DNA of 64,000 nt from Lama guanicoe. Its lineage: Eukaryota. Under the pieces are notes generated by a model. It was not told the origin of the DNA, did not search any database, and saw only the letters and a program-made list of their open reading frames with translations. The DNA is taken from assembly GCA_013239625.1 (NCBI GenBank), contig MU054001.1:7510746-7574745 (forward strand), given 5' to 3'. The position numbers and the translations under genes are program-made. Below are positions 25,956 to 39,559 of the stretch, piece by piece (within the stretch, counting starts at the first letter, position 1; every line of letters begins with the position of its first letter).

Positions 25956-28900
25956 GAAATAAATTTGGGAAATGTAACTTCCACTGCCCAGGCTGCTGTC
26001 AGGATGAAACGATTCAAAGCAGGCCAGGTTTTAGCAACCCTCTTATCACATCAAAACCCCATGTGGAATCTTCCTTTTGAGCAGCACAAGCTAACCAGCT
26101 GTGGTCACCTGTAAATAAGGTTGAAGTCACTTAGACCCTTGGCTTAGGAACACCGTGGCCACAGGGGTGGGGGTCACTGCAGCACCTACGAGAATGACGG
26201 GGCCAGCCTGCTGCTGAAGCCACTCCCCAGACCGCAGCCCAGAGCACTGCAGTCAGGTCTGAGGTCCGGCCGGGTGCGTGCAGCTCCACAGCCCCTCGGA
26301 GCCCTGCGGTGTGGGTGGTGCTGGGACCGCCCTCATCCATCACCCTCCCTGGCACCCAGATTCGGGAGTCTCCTGGGGGAATTTTTCTCTGCCTCATACT
26401 TCCTGTCTCAGCCTCTTGTGGAATCTGGTCCATGCCCCACGGAAGCAGGGCTTTAAACCTCCGGGACCCAAATCCATCACGGTTTGGATCCAGGATGTAA
26501 CTTCCATGTTAACTCACCTGGCGCTCCCTTCTTGTGCTGAACTGCCCTCCCCCGTCGATGGCATTAGGTCGTATTAGAAGTCCCGACTTGCTTGTCCTTA
26601 GCTAAGTCTCTGAGCCTCTTGCTCAGTCTTCCTGAGTGGAACCACTCATCTGTGGCAGAAAAGCTTGGGCTGTCGTCTACCCATTATTGCCCTTGGTCTT
26701 TTGGGTTTTCTGTTGGTTTATGGTTCTCGTGCAGGGATATCAATTTGCACATGAGAAGCACCTGTAGACAGTTTTAAAAATACAGACACTGTATCCTCCC
26801 CCCTCTCCAGCCAAGGCTGGAAGCTTCCTCCCTCTGGCAGGGGTTACACAATCATTTGCTTGGGAATTGACCACGCATTGGCATAATCATAGTAAATTGC
26901 CCTTTACTCTGTGCTTGCCATGTGGCATTTTCTACTTCATGTTGTCTTTGTACCTTCATTATTACATCTAATCCCTGAATTATAGATTATCACCATTTCT
27001 GTTGAGGACACTCCTACTTGCTAATCTTGAATACAATTATCTTTAATTCTCTTAATCTATTTCATTCCTGAATTTCCTGTTCCTGAATTTAAAGAGTGAA
27101 TTATGGACACATGTATTTAAGATTCTGTTATTACATGTATCTGACTCATCTTCTAACCAAATCATATCTGGAGAAGAGAGATTTTCTCTTTTAAACATTT
27201 GCTTTTTCTTATTATATAGTAGTGCATACCCATGGTGGAAAATATAGAAAACATATAAAGTAAGAAAATTACAGCCATACATTATCTAAACACCAAAGGA
27301 CAATGCTATGTCATTTTGGGCATTTAAATATTTTTCTCAATATTTTATCATAAAATTTCCCTAGGGCAAGTTACTTAACCCTGGAATTGTACTAGCCTTT
27401 GTCAAGTACAGAATAACATTCCCAGAAATGACCCCAACTTCAAAATGGTATGTGAGGCTGGGAAGGCCACATATAAAGAATGCTGTTAATTCACTGATGT
27501 TACGCATTCAATGCCTGTGAGTCACTCACTCACTCAGCTGGCTCAGACTGGGACCTACTTTATACCAGGTGCCGATCCAAGTGCTGGGGTGACCCCAGAG
27601 GGAGCCTGGATCACGGCATCAATGTCCTTCTTCATTTGCTCCCAGAATCCTACTCAACAAACCCACATGGGATTGGGGGGTGGAGGCAGGTGCGATATGT
27701 TGAAATTCATTTCATTATGTTCCTTTAGACATATTTAAATACCATGACAATAGTCACTAACTTTGATAAGTTTTCTTTTCCCTTCCTATGTATTTTTGAG
27801 GATGGGTATAGTTTTGGTGCAGCAAGAGTGATTGATAGATCTTTGGTATGTTAGAATATGAAAAATTAAGAAGGAAACTGCACCTTATACAAAGAGAAGA
27901 GGCAGTGAGGAAAACACAAGCCACCCTCGAACTTGGCTACAATTCAGAATTCCTGGTTTTCAAAAAAGAGAAACATAATTCAAAATATTTTCCCTAAATA
28001 TTTTAGCCCATAGTTGAAATACATGGAGGCAAAGTTCAGCTCACTGGAACCTACAAAAATGTGCTTACTTAAGCAAAGGTATAAACAGACCACAGATACT
28101 ATAATGCATCCTTTACTTTAAACAAGTTCATGTGAGCAAGTTTCATTTCATATAAATTGCTCAGTACCAATTTAGGGAATATATCCTTGATTGGTAAAAA
28201 TATCTCACTGATAACCAGATTGAACAAAATTTAGTGTTAAATAATTTACTTATTTCCTTCAGGAAATGCTTTTGAGTAATCTGAGTTAAGTGTTTCCTCT
28301 ATCTGATCTATTACTTTTCACAGAGAAAAGTAGTATTATTTGCGGATGACCTACTTTTACTCCTCTGGAAATATCTGACTGTGAGCTCAGGTTAAGGGTT
28401 GTCTACTGCACAGTAGGGAAAAAAAGTTTCATTTCACAGCGAAGATCAGAATCTTTTTTTTGAGGGGCGTAGTGAGCTGGGGGACAAGGGAAATGCCTTT
28501 ATTTCGAGACAGACCCCAGTAATCCATACTGAAGCTGAAAGATGAAGCCCTTGTGAAGAAATGTGGAAGGACACACTGACACGAAAATGTGTTCACTCTG
28601 CAAAAACAGAAAGAAAGAAAGAAAAAATAATTTAACTGCCCTATAAAGAGAATGGACAGAAACTTGGTAATAAGAGAGAGAGAAGGAAGTTTAGGGAAGG
28701 GAGGAGAAACAATGAAAGGGAACTTGGATGCAGTGGGCAGAATAGCAGGTTTCTGGAGCCTACGATTAAGGATGATAAGAAAAAAAGTAAAGTTTAAAAA
28801 AGTTACAAAGTTTAAAATAGTTTAAAAATTAATAAACAAATTTAAAAATAAATTTTTTATAGTGGCATGGAAGATTTTAAAGTGATGGAGGTTTTTTATT

Positions 28901-29114
28901 TCAAAATTCAAGTTGTTTGAGTTTCTCCTCCATGCTCCAAACAACAGTAAGACCTGCTTGTGTAATTGGTTTTGGGGGACACCACTGAGAGGTGAGAGCT
29001 CTGCAGTTAGGTTGGCCAGGAGCAGAATGCTGGTGTGGAAGGCAAGACAGAAGAGAGATCAATAGTTTCATGAGAACAGAAATTCAAAGCCAGAAATTAT
29101 CTTAAAAAGGTTAG

Positions 29115-29637
29115 TGTGGTAGGCAGAAAAATATTCCCCCCCCAATATGTCTATGTCCTTATCCCCAGAACATAGGAAGAGGTCAGATTCCCTGGCAAAG
29201 GGGCCTATGGTTGCAGATGTGGTTAAGGTTGCTAACCAGCCAACTCTAAGAGAGATGAGCTGGATTATAGATGTGGGCCTAGTGTAACCACCAGGGTCAT
29301 TAAAGGAGGAAGAGGGAGGCAGAAGAGGGGAGAGAGGAGAGGAGATGTGACCACAGAATCAGAGTCAGAGTCACACAAACATGCTGACCTTGAGAGACAG
29401 AAAAGTGGTCACAAGTCAAGAGACGTAGGTGGCCACTGGAAGCCAGAAAAGTCAAAGATACAGGTTCCCCTGAAGCCTTCGAAACAGCCCTGCCAATACT
29501 TTGATTTCAGCAGGCTTCTGTGTTCAAGAACCCTACAAGGTTAAATTTGTGTTGTTTAGTGGAGACTTTTTCTTTTTTCTTCCTACTACCATGACGTTTG
29601 GGGATACTTGTTACAACAGCAACAGAAAGCGAATACA
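29115..29637 (+). mobile_element. ERVL-MaLR solo LTR (MLT1-like)
   Basis: Termini TGTGGTAGGCAGAA...ACAGCAACAGAAAGCGAATACA, typical MLT1 internal motifs, and a degenerate 5-bp TSD GTTAG/GTAAG. Confidence 0.85.
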
Positions 29638-30439
29638 GTAAGCTCCTTGAAATGTTCAGAAATTGCAGATAACACTGGACTGTCCACTTTAATATGAGAT
29701 CGGGCTTATGTGAAAATCAAAAGGACAGTGTGACCTTTGGTAACTTCTGCTTTTCTCATTTTTAGGAAGAGAACAATAAGTCAAAACCTCTGTAGTTATT
29801 ATTTTAGACAAGTGTCTCTTAAAACATTATGTAACCCTGTGCCTCAGGACCCCAAGGGAGTCTCTGTTCTTAGAAGAACATGGATTCTTTGAGATAGGGT
29901 CTTACATCTGTGTCCCATAGTGGTCTTTTATTGGCAATGAGAGCTTGGGCAAATCATTTACCCTTTTTAAGCCACAGGATCTTCATTTACAAAAGGAAGA
30001 TAAGAATAAGGATCGTTTGGGTGATTAAATTGTACACACACACACACACACACAACACATATATACATGTAATACAGCGACTAGCACATACTAGGCACTC
30101 AACAAATTCCTGTTATGGATTTTTAAATGCATGTATAAAAGGAGGAGAAAGTTGTGAGAAGTTGTGGGAAAACTTAGTTTCACGGCCCCAAAAAGGGCCA
30201 TCTCTCAAAGAGCTCTGATCAGTCAGTCTCCAGTGATGGGCTAATAAGCAGAGACTATAACACTTGAGGATTTAAGTTAAACATAAAAAGGAAGGTATTT
30301 ATAAACTGTTGGCTGGTTCATCTTATCTGGAGAGCTTTAATAAGCAGATAGTCTCCCCTTTTCTAGAGATGGACATGCAGAAAAATGACTTGGATGGGTG
30401 GGCCGTTATCACCCCAAGATCACATGACTTAGTACTCAT

Positions 30440-30537
30440 GGAAGTAACACCTCTTGTATGTTATTCCAGATTGAATGTCCTCCCATGATTATTGTCAGCT
30501 GTGTCATCAGTTCAAGGAGACAGCCACCTGGGTCACA
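30440..30537 (-). pseudogene. ANO6: ANO6 pseudo-exon 15 (98 bp, open frame, donor GT>AT)
   Basis: ttccag|TGTGACCCAGGTGGC... reads [33 protein letters not shown], followed by atgagt instead of gtgagt. Confidence 0.95.
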
Positions 30538-30713
30538 CTGGAATATTAGAAAGAAAATCTCATTTAAATTTTAGATAGCTTTAACATGAAATAAAGTCAT
30601 TATCTTATGCCTAAAAAAATCTAAGGAACAGAAAGTAAAGACACTCTTCATGGGGCAACTAAGAGAAAACCTGAAACAGGTTAGACTGTCAGAACACAAA
30701 GCTGTATTCACAC

Positions 30714-30882
30714 ATCTTCATTTCTGTATTTTTACAGCCAATACACCAGATCTCCCGGATAAGTCACAAATCTGCCCTTAAAGAATGTGATGTAGAAACA
30801 CGAGGAGTAGTAGTTGACAAACTGGAACAAGAACACTTCCATGGCTAGGTTGTTCTCATAGTCAGTCTGGTCCTTGGGAGCT
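30714..30882 (-). pseudogene. ANO6: ANO6 pseudo-exon 14 (169 bp; 1-bp deletion and TAA stop)
   Basis: ctgcag|AG CTC CCA AGG ACC -AG ACT..., then [50 protein letters not shown]|gtgtga. Confidence 0.95.
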
Positions 30883-31954
30883 CTGCAGCTCGAATAAAGA
30901 AAAGTTAAGTCTGCAAAACTGTGAACGGCTTTGAGACTCTAATCAAGGCCACGGACACATGAGTTAACATGCCAAATATGTATGTATGTGTATATATATA
31001 TATACACACAATTCACACTTTTTTCATATAAGCTGTTTTGAATTTCTTAACATAGCTACTATGTTAATTCCAGCTGTACACACTGTTGTAAGAGTTTCTC
31101 CCACTATGAACGCAATATCAACAAGGCAAAAAAAAAAAAAGTCACCCAATCCTTAAAATTTATAACCATAACAGAATCCAATGGGCAAGAACTGTCCTCT
31201 GTCAGGTGTAAGTTGAAAGAAAGGTACTTCTAAACACCCTGCTAAATGATATTCTCTTGTCTCCCTGAACGGCAGTAAGGTAGGACTATTGAAGAAAACA
31301 AACAAAACACGGGGCAACTTGCTAGAAGCATTTGGGGAACATAAAACGGGTCATCCTCCTAGTTCAGAATTTGAATTGGTCTTAGTGTTTTCAGAAGATG
31401 ACCACTGAGCAGACCACTGGGAGAACCACCCAGCCACATGCAGTGTGTGGGAAGCACTTAACTTGGGCTGCTAAGCCGCTGGCTGTGATACAAGCCAGAG
31501 AGAAGAAACATTTATTATAGAAGCCACAGCTGATGAGAATGGAGCTGCACTAACAGGAAAGGCATGGGGGGAAGACACATAACAGTGTGACTACTTGTCC
31601 TCTCCATAACGCACAAGCAAATCTGCCACTGGAACCAAGACCCTCTTCCATTTATTTGCAATACAGAGACTATTTACTTTCAACAATAGCGTACATTATC
31701 TAACGTAATTGAAATTATTATTAAGCACTGACATATTTACACAGAGCTTGGACAGTCTAAAGCTTCCTTTGTCCCTTTTACTAATGCAAAGCTGAAGCTA
31801 ATTCACTTCTCATATAGGCTAGAGAAAATACGTTTACAATTGAAGTTTTCTAAAGACTGTAATGTACTGGAATTGAAGTGCCTAAAGGTATTCTCTGTTT
31901 TGACCTGGTTCTAAAACTGGTGTAGAAATGATCTCAGCTGCAGGAGGAGCTTAC

Positions 31955-32172
31955 CAGACTCAGTCATCATGATTGCCACTTTCTCATATATGGCGTTCAG
32001 GGTCACGATGATAAAACTGATGAGGGAAGCACTGATGGGCGTGGCCCACCTGCACATACTTCTGGATTGGGTCTCTTCCACTCAGGTTCTTGGGAAGTTT
32101 TGCAGAAAATACAACGAACACTGAAAGTCCATAGACAATGATCCCAATAACGGAAGCAATGGTCAACAGGAC
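31955..32172 (-). pseudogene. ANO6: ANO6 pseudo-exon 13 (218 bp, frameshifted)
   Basis: gtcag|GTCCTG... reads VLLTIASVIGIIVYGLSVFVVFSAKLPKNLSGRDPIQKY, then shifts frame to ATPISASLISFIIVTLNAIYEKVAIMMTES|gtaag. Confidence 0.95.
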
Positions 32173-33249
32173 CTGACAACCCAAAAACCCAGCAGCATGA
32201 GACTCACTAATGATCGTATTTCTACACAGAAAATTGCCCCCAATGCACGCTTGTGCTGTAAACCTCACATAAACGTGAGAAGTGATATAAATCGCACATA
32301 AATGCCACAAGAGATGTGAATATCAGGCATGTTAAATTTTAGGGGAGGAGGAATGAAAGATGTCAAAAAGAATGAGAGCATCCACTAATGTAACATGCTG
32401 ACAGCTGGAGCAGCTGTGTGCAGGGCACAGGGAATATATGGGAACTCCACTTTCTGTGAATTTTTCTGTAAACCTAAAACTGCACTAAAGAAAGAAGCCT
32501 GTTAAGTATATCTTTAAATGGGTGAAAATGGAATAATTTGTGGCATGTTCTTTTGGAGAGATGTCTGTGATAGCAGAACCAATGAAAGTATCCCTTCTAC
32601 ATCTATAGAATTAATTAGGTTATGAAATAGTTGTAACCAATGAAGGGGATCTGCTTCCTTTCAACGGAGAACCTATCACTGATTCAGGGGTCAGCAGGTG
32701 CTAGGTGTCGTTTTCATTCTGAATAGGACAAGTGAAGCTGTGGACATGCCCTGAGGGAAATAGTGGAAGTGACAGCAGGTCTCTGCTGATGAAAGCTTCA
32801 CATGCTTTTCATACTCCTTGAGATCTTAAAATGGCAGGTATTCATACTCCCTGCATTTGCACAAGTTTCATGTCCCTGATCCATTGTAGTTCAGACTGTG
32901 TGAACCCAAGGACAACGGGGGTGTCTGAAGCATAATTTTCACGTGGCTGATAGGGTTTCAGTTCCTCACTAGGCAGGTTTTTTTCTGGCCACTGAAGAAT
33001 GCACATTAAAGATCCCAGTTTTAAACTGTTTTCCTTCCAACTACCTTCTTGGTCATAGTCCAGAAGCATGTACTCAGTGTCCCTGGCTGCTCCTGATGGC
33101 TGCCCCAGAGAGAAAGCTACAAAGAATGTCAATTTCAAGACTAAGTGAACCACATCATGTTATTTACAGTAACAGCGGGCGGCTGGCTTGCACCTGCAGG
33201 GGAGAGCAGAGGGAGTATTTACAAGCCCCTCCTGGAGCCACACTCCTGC

Positions 33250-33410
33250 ATCTGGATCCCAGCTCTGATGCTAGCTGTCGGGCCTTGTGCAAATTTCTTA
33301 AAATCTAGGGGCTTCAATCTCCTCACCCATAAAATGGGGGGGATAATAATAGCAATTTATAGGACTATTGTGATGAGTCAATTATTTACTAATTGTGAAA
33401 TCAATTAGAA
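33250..33410 (+). mobile_element. MIR SINE relic
   Basis: CTTCAATCTCCTCACCCATAAAATGGGGGGATAATAATAG core. Confidence 0.65.
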
Positions 33411-33779
33411 CATTAAACACAGGCATGTGAAAAACTCTAAGTATTAGCTATGAATATGGTGACCAAAGTCTTAAAAAGGTGTTTTTCTTAGTTTTTAAGC
33501 CATCAGTTTGTAGAGAAAGCATTTTATTTTCTCCTCTACTCTCTTTCATCTTCCTTTTCTTCACAGTTAAGTCTTCATGCTTGTGAAAGGAATAACTTTT
33601 TGGTGTGTGTGTGATTAAATGTGAAAATTAGTTAAGGCTGAGAAAAATGTATTATAGAAGGTATATTAAGCCTTCCTCTCTTGTACAGCACATATAGGCC
33701 ATTTAAATAGTATGCATTTTTTAAAAGTCTGCATAATAATTTTTTAATTATATATTAAGTAATCATAATAGTTAAGATT

Positions 33780-33945
33780 CCTTAAATGCTTACTATTGCT
33801 TCAGCACACATCTATTTTTCTAAATCCTCACAATCACCCTATGGGGTAGGTAATATTATACCTCTTTTACAGATGAGGGTATAGAGCCACGTGGAGATGA
33901 TGCAATTTGCCCCAAATGAAGCAACTATTAAGTGAAAATACTGAA
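33780..33945 (-). mobile_element. MIR SINE relic
   Basis: AATCCTCACAATCACCCTATGGGGTAGGT...CTCTTTTACAGATGAGG, the reverse-strand core. Confidence 0.7.
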
Positions 33946-34200
33946 ATACTCAAAGAGCCCAAAGACACACTAACTGTATAGCACTGTCTCCTACATGGTC
34001 TGTGAAATCAATTCTAATTCATTTCAGAACTTTTACAAACTTGACACATTTCCATTTTTCTTCCAAGCACTTAATGGGTTCAATATTTCTTAAGAAACAG
34101 GAAAGCTTTCCATTCCCCTTCCTCAAGTTTCTTCTTATTTATCATCTTTTCTGATCATAAATTTAACATTTGCTCATTAAAGAAAATTTGAAAGTACTCA

Positions 34201-34778
34201 GTAGTGGACAGAACTGCTGTCCTGGATCTGTCCCCAGTCTTAGAAGAGGACCCAGAATTTGCTTTGGGATAAATCACCACCCTTTTGTTTTTAGCCCTGT
34301 GATTTAAGCTCGATTGACCCACTTTTTCTGAAACACCAGAGGTAGATCTCAGTTGGTTTAAGACAAATAATACCCCTCAATGTATTGGCCTCACACATGA
34401 TTGGAGAATTGGCAAATAACACAGGAAGAGCCACTATTATGTGAGGAGATACGTGCTGGTGCCCATGTGAATGGTAAGCTTCCTCTATCAAGAGAGGAAG
34501 CTGCCAAAAGAGATCTTTTTTGGTTTGGATGGATGATCTGGGATGCTGAGTGCCTAGAAGCAGCATGCTGAGACATCTTTGGACACAGAATGAAGAGAGG
34601 ACAAAAGTAGCCCTTGACATCATCTGGGCTACAGTATCTCTCCTTGACTGAAGCCAGACCTCAGACCTGAGGTTTTCATTTACAGAAACCAAAAAATCCC
34701 ATGCATCCCCATTTTTTGGTTGTTGTTTAAACACATTGGAGATTGAGTTTGTCACCTACAATCAAAAGACTCCAACTC
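34201..34778 (+). mobile_element. Ancient ERVL/MaLR-type LTR relic (LTR16/MLT1-like)
   Basis: Starts GTAGTGGACAGAACTG and ends TTGAGTTTGTCACCTACAATCAAAAGACTCCAACT. The family assignment is tentative. Confidence 0.55.
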
Positions 34779-36203
34779 TGAAAATGAATAAAAAATAAAA
34801 TAAGAAATATGCTTCTACCTATAGACATAATTCCTTCAGTAGGGTACATTCTTAGTATATTACAAATCATTTTATATATTAAATTTATTCTCAAGCCTAT
34901 CTTAACCATAACACTTTGACATGTCATAAAATATTTTCATGGACACACTTTTTCATGGCTGCATACTATTCTACTTTGTGAAGTGTTGCAAGAATATTTT
35001 GGCTGAGATTTTATATATATATATACATATAAAAGTATGTCTATGACTTGTATCCATACTGACTTTTCCCTGCCATTTTGACATAATTCCTAATTAAATA
35101 TTTTTCAAAGCTGAATTAGTGGATTAAAGCATATGAATATTTTTGACTCGATATCAACTGCCAGACTGCTTTCTAAGAAGGCTTGAGGAGTACACCGGAA
35201 ATTAACACAGCATTGTACATCAACCATACTTCACAAAAAACATCCAGTAACCTAGGCATGGGATTGGTGATCACTGGCATTTCATCCTCATAAACAGAGC
35301 TGTATCACTTGAGAGGTGGAAAACTATTTCATTTTGATGTGCACTGAGTGAATTTCCATTTGAGTGTGAACTGATGCATGGAAATCTTTGTATACTTTCC
35401 TCTGAAACTTACTGTTCATCTAGAGGTTGTATACTCATCCATATTTATTTCTAGTTTTTTTCTAATTGTGTTACTTTTTAAATGTTTCTGGAATTTATCA
35501 CAATATATGGTTCACTGTATGATTTCAGTCTTTTCTTTTCCCCCCAAGTAGCTAACAAGTGTTCCATTCACTGAATAACCTTTATTTATATCCCTGATTT
35601 GTAATGCCTTCCATCTCTTATATTAAATTATTATTGATATCAGAGCCCATATCTGGACTTCCTGTCCTATTTTCTAATCTGGCTATTCTTGAACTAGTAA
35701 AACTCTCATTATCTTATTAATTATTATATTACTAATATGATTTTTTTCACAATAAACCCCAAATGAATTTTATAACTTCTGATATTTTGGAGATATGATC
35801 TTTTAATCTAGAATCATGTGATTAAAGCATCTTTTATATCTTTCAGTAGTTTTTACATTTATTTTTTGATAGTTCCTACTATTATTTTGTTAGGCTATTC
35901 TTAGACATTTTACCTAGGTTGTTACTCTTGGAAAATTTTAGAAATCTTAATGCCTTCATCTGGTCTCTTAATCAGACCCTGGAGAATCCCAAACCACTGA
36001 TCTGATTTGAACAAATGAGGTGAAATGAATTGGGGGAAGCACTGTGAGCAGAAGAGACTGTGGAACCTCCAGAGCAGTGCCCTGCGTTAGCTCAGATGTT
36101 CTCTGGAAAATGTTTTCTCTATGAGACTACATAGTTCCCAGCTTGACTTTCAGTTTTTTCAGCATTTCACATTAGATTTTAAAAGTCTGTGGCAGGTTCT
36201 TAC

Positions 36204-36279
36204 CCAGAAAAAGAGCACTTGCACAGAGGGTTATATGTATACACTTTCCCCAGGTGGTAAATGGAACACGCTCTTCTTC
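36204..36279 (-). pseudogene. ANO6: ANO6 pseudo-exon 12 (76 bp, 2-bp deletion)
   Basis: aattag|GAAGAAGAGCGT... reads EEERVPFTTWGKCIHITLCASA, then GCT-CTTTTTCTGG|gtaag (GT missing from GCT GTC TTT TTC TGG). Confidence 0.93.
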
Positions 36280-36849
36280 CTAATTAAAAAAAACAAGTTT
36301 AGTCTATCAAGGAATTACACCAATGAAATAATTATTCTCCTAACTGGTCACTAAATCCTAAACATAATTTAAAAAAATAATAATTTTCAGATATAGCCTC
36401 CTTATTTGTAAATGCATGGATTTTTCCTGTTTTTTTTCTTTTCTGTTAACGATATGAAACACACAACAAAATATGTACAGTTTTCATTTTAATACTATTT
36501 TTTGAAAATGCACATGTGAACAGTAAACTGTTTCCCTGCCATGGTCTGAGCACCTGACGAGGCCAAGCTTTAAAGCTCTATTCCTTATCTTGTCTTTGAT
36601 TTCAGAAGTGATGGTAGTGACAGCTTAGAGTCTGTGCAGGACAGAAAGCATCACAGGTGTGTGCAGCTAACTGGTCTCCACTGTGTGTTTCTTGGTTGAG
36701 CTTTATGTGTTAATTAGCTACAACTATGAAGTTTTAGAGTTTCCATTATAGAGTTTATATTTAGAATTATTTTAAGAGATGAAATCAGTAAGACTCAAGA
36801 TTTACCTGGATTATAAAACCAGATATAGTATAATAATAACTGTAACTAA

Positions 36850-37070
36850 GTACATGGCCCTTCCTCTGTGCCAGGAAGTCTTCCAAGTAGATTTTGCACA
36901 TTACTTCTAAACGTCCTTACCACAGTCATGAAGAAGCAACTCTCTTATTCTTATTTTATAGGAAACTATGGCACAGAGAAGTTAAGTTGTGCAAGATCAC
37001 TCAGGAAGCAAGCTGCTGTGTTCAAATATGAATTTAGGCAACTTCATTCTCAAGCTCTCACTACCACAAC
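36850..37070 (-). mobile_element. MIR SINE relic
   Basis: GGAAACTATGGCACAGAGAAGTTAAGTTGTGCAAGATCAC reverse-strand core. Confidence 0.65.
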
Positions 37071-38311
37071 GCTGGCCTCTCTAAACAATGGAGCATGCTT
37101 TTGCAAGTAAAGTAAAATGCTTCAATTAATAACCTAAAAAAAATTAGGCAATTTTTTAAATAAGGAAGAATGATCAATTGAAATGAGTCTTCATCTTCAA
37201 TTTTTCAACAAGCATGATCCAATGAAAATTTAAACTTATTAGTTGGCAATTTTAAATTTAAACTTAACAGTTTAAATGACCAAAATACTTTTCTTCAGTA
37301 TTTTTTTTATGCTGCCAATATGATAAGTTTTTGTTTTTCAGGACTCAAAAGCATTATGAATGTCTAATTTTGCCTAAGTTTCAGCTTTCATCTCTGAATA
37401 TACAGTCTTTCACCAACATATGCTTTTACCCCCATCTTCAGTTGTAGACAATGGGAACTATTCATAATGGGGATTATTAGAAGCTTATTACATTGTAAAA
37501 GACAAATGTCACTTTCTATTTGTAGCTGAACATCATTTTTTTCCACTTATATAAAGAGGAATTTGACCTGCTCCCTCCATATATTTTCAGTGCCAACATT
37601 CTGTAGATCTATGATTCAATTTATTAAATCTATATTTGGAGACATTTTCAGATGCTCCTAATAAAAACATTTTCTTTCCAAGAGTTATTCATGCTCACAA
37701 CCTACTGTCCTGCAGCTGCTGACCACAAGTACCATCAGCTCTAAATTATCTCAGCTGATGGAAAGAAGCAATATTACAGATGACTCAAAAAATCATCTTT
37801 TCATAGCTCTGGAATGTTGATACAAAGATATATAGTTTTATTTTTTAATTTTGCATCAGGAGTGGCAGCAGTAAATTTACATTTCCAATTATGTAAAATG
37901 CCTAGCTCAAACACTGCTCAAACACTGATGGCAAAAATGTTTACCCTTCTACCCTTTCTCTGACTTTAGGATGAGAGCCATGCTTCTTTGTGCACATCCC
38001 AAATGGAAGGGGGAGCAGTGACCAGGACTTAGTTCAAGACAAAGGGGCACCTAGTCTACGATGAAAAGGAGGCCACAATAATGAAGGCACATGTGAATAA
38101 ATGGTAGTCAACTATAAAAGCCAATGTGTCTTTCCTTCTACATCTATGTCATAGCAGCTAATTTATATTTTGCATTTTTTTATTGGTGTTATGAAAGGAT
38201 ACAAATCAATGCCTCTTTTCTTATACAATTATACCAGTATTTTTCTTTTCCCCCTTTTTACTGTTATTATGAAGGAAGGACGACACTTCTCTTCTGTGTC
38301 CACCATTCCAG

Positions 38312-38485
38312 GCAGTGCTCCTTCACCTTGGCTGCACATTAGAATAACCAGAGGAGCTTTAAAAACTTCCCTATGCCAGAATGCACCCCAGGCCACTAAG
38401 TACCATCAGAGAAGAGTTTGCAGAAATCCAAGCACCAACATTTTTTAAGGTCCCCTGGTGATTCCAACATGCAGTCAAGGCTGAC
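38312..38485. mobile_element. MER5-like hAT-Charlie DNA transposon relic
   Basis: CAGTGCTCC...GGCTGCACATTAGAATAACCAGAGGAGCTTTAAAA...CCCCTGGTGATTCCAACATGCAGTCAAGG. Confidence 0.75.
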
Positions 38486-38535
38486 AAGTCCAGAAGTAAA
38501 CAGACTAAAGTGCATCTAAACAGCGCCCGCTTTTC

Positions 38536-38672
38536 CTGGGTAATCTCATTTATCTCCATGTGGGGACACCACACCTCCTATTCTGGCCGGACATGCTCTT
38601 CCTGTTGAACCGTATCCCATTTGTACTCAAGTTCTGCCTGGCGCCACTTCCAGAACTCCAGAAGTATGGTGA
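38536..38672 (-). pseudogene. ANO6: ANO6 pseudo-exon 11 (137 bp; premature TAG, 6-bp deletion, donor GT>GA)
   Basis: gttag|TCACCATACTT... reads TILLEFWKWRQAELEYKWDTV--QQEEHVRPE*EVWCPHMEINEITQ, followed by gaaaag instead of gt. The stop is at 38578-38580. Confidence 0.94.
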
Positions 38673-39008
38673 CTAACAGAGAGAGAGAACAGCAGAATGT
38701 GGATCTTCAGTGATGACTGATGCTTTAGAAATCAGTACTTAATATTTATTACACTTAACACTTGGGTAAATGGTTTATAAAATCACAATTTATTTATAGG
38801 TGATACTAAAGAGAAACATGAGTTAATGCCTTTTTTTAAGAAAAAAGAAAATGTAGATAATTTATTGAACTTTTGAAAACAGACTATCTAGCTCTCTAAC
38901 TCAGGGGAAAGGTATTAACGTGATGGTCAGAGGAAGGTGACTGTGTCTGATGCTAAAGTACCTGCTACCAGCACATTATGCCCACTAAAAACACAAATAT
39001 CGGGTGGA

Positions 39009-39105
39009 AGGGTGGGTATAGCTCAGTGGTAGAGCACGTGCTTAGCATGTACAAGGTCCTGGGTTCAAGCTGCAGTACCTCCATTAAAAAAGAATGTTTA
39101 AAAAA
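39009..39105 (+). mobile_element. tRNA-derived SINE, camelid Vic-1-like
   Basis: GGGTATAGCTCAGTGGTAGAGCACGTGCTTAGCATGTACAAGGTCCTGGGTTCAAG...ACCTCC plus an A-rich tail, with pol III A and B boxes. Confidence 0.88.
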
Positions 39106-39559
39106 GCACAAGTAACTGTCATAATTTAAAAGCAGTGCACGGTCCACCCTCCAAGTCTTCTCCTCACATCCCTCTGTCTCTTCTGTCCGAAGGGCCTGAG
39201 GGTGGGGAAGGGGATGAGACTGCTTTAGTAGCCCCTGAATTTCTATTTTCCACCACCCCAGTCACACAAAATTAAAATTATATTCTTAAATATGGAAAAC
39301 TGCCATTTTCCTCAATCTTTGGTAAAGTAATTTTTAGAAATCGTTATTCTGTTTTAAGACTCGTAACTTCAAATAGTAGACAAAAACATGAAATGTTAAT
39401 TGAAAATGTGGCTTCAGGGTAAATCCCCTAAGCCCTTCTTCCAACCAGACTGTTACCCCTAGGCCCCAACTCTAGAGAAATTCCAGAATAACCACTGTTC
39501 CCTCCACCATTATACCTGAGTCTCTACCATGTTTTAAGAATAAAGAGAAAAAAGACACA

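Noticed and set aside
39009..39090. tRNA-like sequences (also ~40520-40596, ~58815-58890, ~61331-61410)
   Set aside because: They have A-rich tails, mutual divergence and imperfect stems, which indicates tRNA-derived SINEs rather than tRNA genes.
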